From Octopus sinensis (Eukaryota), in contig NC_043009.1 of NCBI RefSeq assembly GCF_006345805.1, positions 68,944,001 through 69,008,000 on the forward strand: a DNA stretch of 64,000 nucleotides, written 5' to 3'. The position numbers and the translations under genes were made by a program. The notes under the pieces are model-generated. The model saw only the letters and a program-made list of their open reading frames with translations, searched no databases and was not told where the DNA came from. Shown one piece after another: positions 25,310 to 36,399 of this stretch; position 1 is the first letter of the stretch, and every line of letters starts with the position of its first letter.

Positions 25310-26350
25310 GGTATGGTCATGTGATGCATATGAATGAGGTCAACTGTGTAAAGAAGTGTCAATCTCTGTGGAGGGAACCTGTAGAAGAGGTAGATCCAGG
25401 AAGTCATGGGACGAAGTGGTGAAGCATGATCTTTGAACTTTGAGCCTCAGAGGCAGTGACTTGCGATTGAGACCTCATTCATATGCATCACATGACCATA
25501 CCAGTGCAGTCATCTCTCATGCCTAACTTTTCTCTTAAGATGTTTACACTCTGTTGACCATGCACACTGACATTACACATCCAGCAAAGCATACTGGCTT
25601 CATTTCTTTCATGCCTATGCATGTCCTCAATTAGTCACAGCCCATGTTTCACTGCCATGTAACGTAGCTGTATGCACATAGGCATCATACAGTCTGCCTT
25701 TCACTCTGGGAGACAGGCCCTTTGTTGCCAGCAGAGGTAGGAGCTCTCTGAACTTTGCCCAACCTTACCTTACTCTCACATCTCCACTATTAACTTGGTC
25801 ACCTAGAAAACGAAAGCTATCTGCTACCTCTAGTTTACCCTCCTGGCAGTTGATGGAGTCTATTTTCTGTATATTTTTGGTGTTTATTGTACCTGTGCAT
25901 CTTCCACATACAAAAGCTATTTTCCTTGTTAACCTTCCTCTGATATTGCTGCACCTTTTATGCATCAAAAGCTTAAACTGGGTGCATCTTATGGAGTTTC
26001 TACCTATGCCTTTTCTACAGATCAAGTAGGGCCATCTACCTGAAGGGATTTGTGATTTGTTTGTCTTCCACTTATTTTGGAAGATTTTGGCTTTTGCTCG
26101 GTTAACTCTGAGGCCCTTTGATTCTAGACCTTGTTTCCGTACCTGGTACTTCTTCTCTAATTCTGGTAGTGATTCAGCTATAAGAGCAAGGCCATCAGCA
26201 CAGAGGAGCTCCCAAGGGGCAGCCTTGTCTTAAATTCCTCTGTTATTGCCTGGAGGACTATGATGAACAAGAGGGGGCTGAGGACAGATCCTTGGTGAAC
26301 CCCTACTTGTACCCAGAATTCTGCACTGTACTTGTTGCCAACCTTCACCT

Positions 26351-26362
<12 letters not shown>
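25310..26362 (-). mobile_element. RTE LINE RT fragment with an inverted 3' segment
   Basis: GVHQGSVLSPLLFIIVLQAITEEFKT, CRKGIGRNSIRCTQ..HKRCSNI..FVCGRC, SFRFLGDQ and HWYGHVMHMNE on the minus strand; 25310-25470 carries the following segment (YGHVMHMNE..VKKC..SWDEVVKHDL) on the plus strand. Confidence 0.9.
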
Positions 26363-26410
<48 letters not shown>

Positions 26411-26964
26411 GTGTGGTGGTCTTTGTGTCTGTTTGTCCCCCACCCTCCCACCCAACCACTTGACAATGGGTGTTGGTGTGTTTACATCCCCATAACTTAG
26501 CTGTTTGGCAAGAGAAGCCATTTGCTAGGCAGGGCGGTCTTGAGTCAGTATGTTACTGTCTATCTATTTACCTCCCTATTTCTCTTTCTCTCTCTCTCTC
26601 TCTCTCTTCACCACCACTATCATCATCTACACATCCCCCCATCAATACTAGTATTAGTACAACTACTGCCATCACCAACCTACCAACTCTTTAATGACCA
26701 ACAATAACAACATCAATAATTTTGGACCAAATAAACAGCTGCATCTAAAATCAAAGACAATCACAAGATATTTCCGTACCCCAGCCTATTTTCAAAGTCG
26801 AATGAAATGTTTCAAATCTTGGTCACATGAACTTTAACCTTATTTTATAAGTTATTTTAATTTAAGGGAAGTGGGTTTTAGGGTTCAGCTTTGCCAGTGT
26901 GGGCATTGATGTCGAACCAGAGAAAATCTGCCTCTTTGAATTCTCTCTGATCCATGCAAACACT

Positions 26965-27270
26965 GGAAAAGTGGACATTAGTATGATGACTTTCAGAAAC
27001 ATTTTTTTCCATGCTCAGAATTGCTGAAGCATGGAATAAACTACCTGCATCAGTTGTTTGCTTGTCTGGACACTGCATCCTTCAACACTTCCTTGCTTCC
27101 TGACATTCACCAACAATACACTTGATGTCTCCCCACCTTTTTTTATTTTTTTAAACAACACTTTCATTGTTCGCTTCCTGTACATTATTCTATGCACTGT
27201 TGATGCAGTTTTTGGTTTTTCTGGTGAGTTATAGTGCACCTGAGCACCGTATACAATTAGTTCATTATTA
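26965..27270 (+). mobile_element. CR1-clade LINE 3' end
   Basis: FRNIFFHA/LRIAEAWNKLPASVV..TASF, the typical CR1 RV...WN.LP..VV....SF terminus, followed by a UTR and (ATT/ACT)-type tail. Confidence 0.7.
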
Positions 27271-28068
27271 CTATCATCGTATGATGCTGTTAATGTTAGC
27301 AGAGCTGAGTTACACAAATATTTCTGTGTATATTCATTTGATAGAGTCTAAGTAGAGAAAATGAAAGTTCGTGTAGCTTTGTAACAGATGGAGTGAATTT
27401 TAAAAGTGCATGAAAGAAATACAGCCTGTATTTTTTTTCTTTTTTTGTAATATTTCACTGTATTTATCTACAATGACAATAAACATTATATTCAATAATC
27501 TGCAGACCAGATATTATAAAGTAGTCTGAAAAGGAAAGTTAAGGGTTGATTATCAAGTAAGTAACTTAAAAGTGCTTACTTAGCTTTCTGTTAACATATG
27601 ACTAAAAGATGGTGCTCCAGAATGGCTGTAGTCATATTACTGAAACAAATAAAAGAATATGAATGGATACACACATGCATACATATACACACAGTATGCA
27701 CGTACCATAGAAATGTGTGTGTGTGTGTGTATTGCTGGATCATATTGATCTATATAATATGATAAAAGTATGATATGGAAAACTCAGCAACCAACAGCAG
27801 CTGTTACCAAGGCACAGAAACAATTGTTGCGATTTGTGATTAAAGCCAGTTTCATTCCATCTTCTTGTTTTATGAATTTATATATATACAGCCCTTCACA
27901 TCCCTAAAGTGACAGAATGGTCAGGACCAGTGGAATAAAAAAGGCCTTTACTTGTAAAATAGGTAAAAAATGGCAGGAAGGACATTTGACTGATAAATAT
28001 TCGTTCAAATAAATCTGCGCACCCCCTTGTTCACTGGAAAAACAGCCATAATCAAATGTACAAATGTC

Positions 28069-28452
28069 AGTTCTATATTTAAGAGATGAGGAATTATGTA
28101 CATTATTTACATTTGACGGATATTTGTCCTCATCTTGTTTGTTGTTAAAACAACATTTCGGCTGTTATACCCTCAGCTTTCATCAGGTGTCTTGGGGAAA
28201 TTTTGAACCTGGGCATATGGCATTGTGGTTAAGAGTGCAGGCTACTAACCCCAAGATTCCGAGTTCGATTCCAAGCAGTGACCTGAATAATAATAATAAC
28301 AACAACAACAACATTGAAAAATACCTTAAAAATGAGAACCCAGGTTCGAAATTTCCCTAAGACACCTGATGAAGGCTGGAGGGTATATCAGCCGAAATGT
28401 TGTATTAACAACAAACAAGATGAGGACAAATATCCGCTAAATGTAAATAATG
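28069..28452 (+). mobile_element. Composite: inverted Penelope-type pLTR + tRNA-derived head + pLTR with hammerhead-like motif
   Basis: Inverted arms 28101-28213 and 28339-28452 (8 differences in about 114 bp); A box TGGCATTGTGG 28218-28228, B box GAGTTCGATTCC 28261-28272; CTGATGA..GAAA core 28366-28397. Confidence 0.75.
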
Positions 28453-31400
28453 GACTCTGTCAGTGTTTAATTTTCTCAAAAACTTTACATTTCTGTTGCT
28501 TAGGATCTGACAAATACTGGTATGACTGTGATATTTTGCTGAAGAGGCCTAATAGGACTGAAACATATCTAGGGTTGTCACCCATGAAACTCACTTATGT
28601 AGCATGCCTCCTCTCACCCTTCAATTTTTAATTAGTATAAATTCAGAATTTGTACCCCATGTATTATTAATTTCCCCATCACCCCTACTTTTGATTGATA
28701 TTTGAATAAGTTCTATTTAAACCGATAACAGTTACTTACCAAGAAATCTCTCCATGGTTGTTTGGCCCCTACTGTGAAGGCACATGGTGCTTAGTGGTTA
28801 GGTTATGACTCGTGGTCATAAGATTGTGAGTTTAATTACTAGTAGCGCAGTGTGTCCTTGAGCAAGAATCTTTATTTCACATTGCTCCAGTGCACTTGGC
28901 TGGCAAAAATGAGTTGTAACATTAATTCAAAGGGTCAACGTCGACACATTGTGTGATGCTGAAACTCCCCGAGAACTACATTAAGGGAATGTGTGTCTGT
29001 GGAATACTCAGCCACTTGCACATTAATTTCATGAACAGGCTGTTCGGTCGATTGGATCAACTGGAACCCTCATCATAACCGATGGAGTGCCTGTTAGGAA
29101 TTGCAGCCAAATGTGTCTCATATCTTCTTGAATAAGGACAAGATACATCAAATAACATAGTCTCCTTACCTTTGAAATATGGGATGGTCAGAACTGGAAT
29201 GGTTTTGTATCCTTGTTTTCCTTGATTAGGGTCCACCAGGAGCTAAACCACAGCAACAACTAAATTTGTCACTTGTCTTTTTTTATGTTATTCAATTTGG
29301 TTTGATTCTAATTTGAAATTGTAGGGAAACAATTATAATCTATTTTTAATTAATTTATTAAAGGTCTACATCTTGTTGAATTTGGTTCTGTGCCCTTCTT
29401 CTGCTGATGTTGTATTTCATTCAGGACTTGTAAATTAAATAGCAGTTTAAGTGGGGGCTGATGTGAGCAACAGTTGTTTCTGATAAATCCTGTGTGGCTT
29501 TGTGCCTAAGTTGGCTGTTGTAATAATAATATTTTATTTGCTACAAAGGCAACAGACGAAAATCGGATTTCAAGGACGAATAATGAAAATGGCAGCAGTT
29601 TACATAAAATTAGTTATGTGAGAAGGTAGTTCCTAGTAAATACAAAAAGGGCTGAAGTAAGATATCCCACCAGAGGGACAGTCTCCTAAGCCCCTTCAAG
29701 TAAAACTCCACACAACTATGATTACTCTGACTACCAAGGACAAAATGTTTTCTCTGACCTACAGATGTATGTTGAGAATAGATCCGTTCATGTTGGCCGT
29801 TCTTGCTGTGTTCTCTCAGCTTTCAACAAATTCCCTGGAGAGCAGAACTTCACTGTCCTGCAACTTGAAGTTGATGAGGCCTTGCTTAGAGTGGAACATT
29901 TCTGTTCTCAGTCCCTTCAATCTTGTTCACCATAGAATCTATTTTGGCTACGGCCACTTGGAAGAAGAGATCTGCATACCTTTGCTGTCAGGTAGATTTG
30001 TTCTGTCTAATTTCTGACTTTTCTCTAATTTCTAACATACAGTCAAGAACTCTGGAGATGGTGTATAGTTGATTTAATTGGTCTCGGTACTTGCCTGATT
30101 CTAGAAAAATGAAAGATATATGAGAAAGTGTGAGGGTGGGTGTACACGTGAGTGAGAGAAACATATTTTGATAGCATTGATGAAATGAAAGAAATAGTTA
30201 ACCATCAAAGCAAATGAGGTACATTATTATATTTTCAACTTTATATTTTGAATTCTTCAGGTTTCTTTTGGTGTTTCACCGTTTTGTGTGTCAAAAATAC
30301 GTGTACCATTGAGCATTTTCAGGCTTGATTCAATCAACACTACTTCATCTTTCTTCCCCACAAAACCCTCCTCTGTAGTTGTGAATTGGCAAAACTGTTA
30401 AGGTTTCGGCCAAAATGCCTGCCTTATTTACTTGTGATCCCCTCAATCCCTGAAAATCATTTCAATGTAACAGGGCTGATTTAAAGTACCAGTGATAAAC
30501 CAACTCTATTTAATATTGCTATTGAGTACTCATGATGAAGATATATCAAGTTTATGAAGGCAATATGGCTGGCTGAAAATGCCTTTACTGTTTTTTTGGT
30601 AGATATTGTACATCATTACTGGAATCATCATCATCATCATCATTTAACATCTGTTTTCTGGCATGGGTTGGGCAGTTTAGCAGGAGCTGGCAATTAGAGA
30701 GCTCCACCAAGCTCCAATTGTCTGTTTTAACTTAGTTTCTATGGCTGGATGCCCTTCCTAATGCCAACCACTCTACAGAGTGTACTGGGTGCTTAATACG
30801 TGGCACCAGGGTGTCTTCTACATGGCACCAGCACACGTGCTTTCAATGTGGTATCATCATGAGGACAACCATGAAATTTAATTTCACAGTGATGAGGTTA
30901 ATCTGCAAAAGGCTGAAGACTTTGGATTGGTAGAATTGAGAGAGAATTCAACCAAATTCCTTGCAGCATTCAGCTCCATCACTTTCTGTTCTGAGTTCGT
31001 TTCCTTCTGAGGTTCGCTTTGTCTTTCATTCTTCTTTAAAAGAAGGAATTAAAGTACCAGTCACGTACTGGGGTTTACTTAATAATATGGTGACTAAATT
31101 TGTGGCCTTGTACCTATTAGGAATTATTAATCAGTAAAAAAGATAGCAGATATAATATGAAGAATATCACAAATCTTTAGATTTAGTGAATTCAGATGAT
31201 TGATTCAGATGGTGTGGCTTAGTGGTTAGGGCATCGACCTCATCATCATAAGATTGTGGTTTCAATTCCTAGACCGGGTGATGTGTTGTGTTCTTGAGCA
31301 AAACACTTCATTTCATGTTGCTCCAGTCCACTCAGCTGCCAGAAATGAGTTATCCTGTGATGGACTGGTGTCCTGTCCAGGAGGGGAATGTATAGGCCAT

Positions 31401-32747
31401 TGATACTGGGAAACCGGCCCTTGGGAGTTGGTATAACTCGAGAAGGAATACTTTTACACACATACAAGTGTGTGTGTGTGTGTATTTATATTTTGTCTTT
31501 ACTCTCTTCTTTCTCTCTCTCTCTCCTTCTCTTCCCCACTTACCAATTATGTCTCACTTTCCAACCGACCTCTTAAAGTACCTCTTAACTTATTTAGTTC
31601 CAGTCTTTCCAAGGAGAATGGATGCTGAGTTTATTCCTTTGGCTTTGGAATAAAAGGAAATAACAAAAATATCCTACCATCAAATGAAGCAAATCTAAAT
31701 ACATGCACACACACACACACACACACACATATGGAGTGTGTGTGTGTGTATGTATAATGTTTGTATGCATACATATACATCTATCTTCGTATGAACCATC
31801 AGTACCTTACCTTAGCCAATATTGATTACCTTTCATAGGGTTTTTTTCTCACCTCACCTGTAGGTGTTGATGAGCCACTGATCACTTTACCTGTCGAGGA
31901 AATTTACTTTGGATGGTATTCAATTAAGTGCTAATCAGACTTAACGAATATTGCTAAAGATGTCAGTCAAAGACACACTCTGTAAAAATTAATCAATTAT
32001 CAACATACATCAGTTGGTTCCGAGATGAGGGAGAGGAGGAGGAAGGAGAGGAAGCAAGTAATAAGCTACATTCATGGAACATCCTTCGTTCGTTCTTTCC
32101 TTCTTTCTCTCTCTTTTCATACTCTCATTCTTACTCTCTCTCCTCTCATTCTTTCTCCCTGCTGTCTCTTTCTTATTCTTTTCCTCTCTCTCCTACTTAC
32201 TGTCATGCAGGTATCTAATTACAAACACACACACACACACACCTTTGCATTGAAATTGATTTTTCATTCAATTTTTTCTGCTGGTTCATTTGGCTGTGAA
32301 CCCAGGATGAAAATGTTTTGGTTGGCTGGATTTGAAATTACTTTAGTCTTGACACTTTCATTAACCCTTGGCAGGAATGAAGCAACCACAAACACCATTC
32401 CTTACCTTTATTCCAGCCTCTCACAGCTCTTACACTGTATCATTAAACACCTTAGCAGCTGCCAAGTGATGTTTAGTCTCACATCAACCTTCAGTGAACA
32501 AACCCATCATTGGAGATGTTTCAACTTTAATCATCTCAATTTCTCTCCTCCAAACCTAGTCTATCTAAGATTGCATCTAGTGTGGCCTTCTTTTTTCTTC
32601 AAACTGATATGGTGTAATTCTGGAATGATTTGGCTATTGTTTCCAACAGGTTGAGTATAGAATCTCCTACATAGAGTAAATGCATAGAGTTTTCAGACCT
32701 TCTCTAAATGTTGAACATAAAACAATTTTGATAGAAGTTTCTACATA

Positions 32748-32964
32748 TTACTCTTTTACGCTTTTACTTGCCTCAGTCATTTGACTGCGGCCATACTGAA
32801 GCACCGCCTTTAGTCAAGCAAATCGACCCCAGGACTTATTCTTTGGAAGCCTAGTACTTATTCTACCAGTCTCTTTTGCCAAACCGCTAGGTTACAGGGA
32901 TGTAAACACACCAGCATCAGTTGTCAAGTAATGTTGGGGGGGGGGGACAAACACATACACATAT

Positions 32965-33019
<55 letters not shown>

Positions 33020-33188
33020 TATATATGACGGGTTTCTTTCAGTTTCCGTCTACCAAATCCACTGACAAGGCTTTGGTCGGCCCAAGGCTATAGTAGAAGA
33101 CACTTGCCCAAGATGCCATGCAGTGGGGCTGAACCCGGAACCATGTGGTTGGTAAGCAAGCTACCTACCACACAGCCACTCCTGCGCC
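32748..33188 (-). mobile_element. SINE family B full-length copy
   Basis: Reverse complement of 14144-14552 with an internal (TA)n expansion. Confidence 0.85.
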
Positions 33189-35823
33189 GATGTGGTTGTG
33201 CGTGATCTTTATTGTTGAAGGACAGTAGATTTAAATGTTAGAGCAATGGATTAAATGATGGATCAGGGGATTATTCCCTTTAGCCCTTAAACTGGTCGTA
33301 TCTGGCTCAGATATTTCACCTGTTTTCTGTTCAAACTAGCCACATCTGGCTTCTCACACCTTACCCTACAATATCATAAAAATAAGCAGTCACATCATCA
33401 AAATCTCAAATACTTAATTAATTCAAGACAATGGGAATAAACAAACATTACACTTGACAGACTAATCCGAATGATAAAAGGTTAAATGGTAGAACAACAG
33501 ATTAAATGATCAATGGATTAAATCACAGATCTGGGGGGGGGGGGTTAAATGGCAAATTTTAATTGACTATAGTCATTGATTTACCATAAAAGCTGGAATG
33601 GAACTTTAGAAAAAATAGAAAAAGTTCAGATTTTGTGATGAGTTTTTACATGAAGAATGGAAATGTTACAGAACCTACTTTTGTAACATATATATTGAAT
33701 CACGACAATTATGCCGTTCCAATAACAATGGTCTTTTGTTGTTGTTCTACCCCAGTTGTTTTGCATGTCAGAGTCACTCAATGTAGGGGAGCAAATGGAT
33801 GGGGGTTGAAGCTTTGTGCCTTAGAAAAATAAAAAAAGCTTCATTCTCGTTTAAATCAACTCTAATTTTGCTTTTGATTTTTTTTTTTCTCCTTTTCTTA
33901 ATTGTTTTTTTTTCTTTTAAAATCAAAACAAGATGAATATTTCGAACTTCCTTCCATTGAACTCCACCTTTCATAAACAATTAGTAGAAATAAGTTTCCA
34001 GCCCTATTCAAATGTATTTTAATGAGATATACAAGCACCAATAATTTTCCTATGCATAAGAAATTAATCATTATTACATTATGGAAGTTGCCAACAAATT
34101 GTGATTAATCACATGACATACAACCATCTCCGTCACTTCTGGCTATAAAACCACTCCCACCCTTTTATTTGTTTTTGTTTTTCCATTTTTCTGTTGTTCA
34201 GAACAACTAAAGCTCACAGAAAGCTAATCTTCCTAATCAGAGGAAACCACAGGCCTAGGACTTACCTCTTGCTTTTGTAGTGTTAAAAGTGTAAGTATGG
34301 TCATGTGGTTAAGAAGCATGCTTTGCAACCATGTGGTTTTGAGTTCAGGCCCACTGCATGGCACCTTGAGCAAGTGTTTTCTACTAAAATCTCTGGCTGA
34401 CCATTGCCTTGTGAGTGAATGTGGTAAAAGTAGACTCTTTGGAAACCTATTGTGTGTGTGTGTGTGTGTGTGCACACATCTCCCCTACCCCCATTGTTGC
34501 TTGACGACCAGTGTTTGTTTGTTTATGTCCCCATAACTTAGCAGTTCACTCAAAGAGACTGATGCAATAAGTATCAAACTTAAAATGCAAATACTGGCAT
34601 CGGTCTATTTGGCTAAAAGTTCTTCAAGGAGGTGCTGCAGAATGGCCACAGTCCAATGACTAAAACAAGGAAAAGAGAAGAGATGTTAACGTAAACGACT
34701 TGAAATTTCTTCCTGGCTAAAAGACCAGTCTCCTGCAAGTAATCTGGCGCCAGGCACTGAGTCCTGAACTGGATACCAATGTATCCGCCATTAATTATAC
34801 AATACAGCCATTTTATCACACCAGGCAAATTACATTAGCCACAAGAGCTATTTAGACTTGTGCCATTTGGCTGAATTTCTTGGCAGTGTGCTCTACATAA
34901 TCACCAAAGACTCACCATGGGTATTATACATCTATTACAATGGAACTGGAATTGTATGACCTAAGATATTCAACAACGAATATCCCAACTCCATTGAACA
35001 AGCTCTATATAAGGCTGCTGCCGCTGCTGTTGGAGATTTCATAATGACCGTCTCTGATGAATGCACGATTGTATAATTGGACTGTTATCTAACACTCCAT
35101 TGAATCCCTAGCATGAAACTGATTGATAAGATTGGCCATAAGGGGTTTATAATTTTCTCCAACCTTTACACACCCATTACTTTGTCTCAGATGGTTGTGC
35201 ACTATAAGGTTTTGCCCAGAGCTCCCATGTAAATGGACCTAAATGGCTGCAGTTTTTTTGTATGTAGGGTTTTCCATAGTTTTTTAATCTTTTTATAAAA
35301 GCGATATGATTTTGTCTATTTATTACCCTAACCCTAAATGGCCACAGGGATTAAATTGACCAGGAACACTGAACACAAGGAATATCCAATACCAATCTTA
35401 ATCTCCATATTTAAACTGCTTTAAACTTTGTCAAACTTACCTTTACCTATTCTGAGTTACCTGAAAGGTGATGTTCCCTTTCCTCTCTTCTATTTGTTGG
35501 TATCTTCGTTTACCTTTGATGCCGTTGTTTCACTTTAAGGATGCTTATTTATCCACCCATAAAGATATTTCGGCTGTTGTCCATTGCTTCAGATATGTTT
35601 TAGCATTGTTGTTCTAGCCTTTTCTAAACAATCACATATGACACATCCCAAAGAATCAGCCTTTAGATAAGAGTTTTGCTTCCACTAGCAAAAGCTGTAT
35701 GTATCTTTCAGAAAGCTCCATACCAATTTAACTTCATGCACCATCTGAATCTGAGAGGGGAATATGTTGCATAAAATCCTAATCAACTGATCCTCCTTTT
35801 ACTGATCCTTTCTTTTACCCAAG

Positions 35824-35851
35824 GCCAGGAACTTTTTAGCCCCCTCTCATA
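35824..35851 (-). mobile_element. Mariner-type terminal inverted repeat
   Basis: TATGAGAGGGGGCTAAAAAGTTCCTGGC resembles mariner TIRs beginning TACGAGGG..AAAAGT; partner end not located. Confidence 0.45.
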
Positions 35852-36079
35852 AATTACAATTGCTTATTTTGATAGGGGTGAATGCCTTTCCCCAAAAGCT
35901 TAATTTAATCATGGAGCAAAGGGAAAGATTTTATCAGGATATAAGAACAATAGAAGAGAGGATAACCTGGAATGTTGGGTACACACTTGATGGCAGGTTA
36001 TTAGAGAAGAACATTTAGTGGGGCAGTTTTGGTAAATCTTAATCATGAATGGATTTTTGAAAGAATCTTATATACTGAA

Positions 36080-36399
36080 AGTGTTTATAAGCCATTTAAG
36101 AAACACACAAAAACTGTTAGATTCACTTCAACATTTAAATTTAATTTGTCGAAATATTTTCGTCGCTTTAAGACCGCGACCTGTTCACTGACAAAACTTC
36201 GTGCTGCATCATTTTGTCAGTGAACAGGTCGCGGTCTCAAAGCGCCGAAAATATTTTGACAAATTAAATTTGAATGTTGAAGTCAATCTAACAGTTTTTG
36301 TGTGTTTCTTAAATGGCTTATAAACACCTTCCACGCTGCAATTATTTTCGTTCCAGCACACGATCTCAGATCAAGTCACTCGCTATGCAAGTACATCTC
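36080..36399. mobile_element. Palindromic element (probable Penelope-type pLTR pair) with 13-bp target-site duplication
   Basis: Arms 36081-36196 and 36212-36327 (5 mismatches in 116 bp); direct repeat CTTATATACTGAA at 36067-36079 and 36400-36412. Confidence 0.8.

Noticed and set aside
32025-32654. 209-aa ORF (also 46761-47159 and 46789-47130)
   Set aside because: Stop-poor CT-rich low-complexity sequence; no recognisable domain or splice structure.
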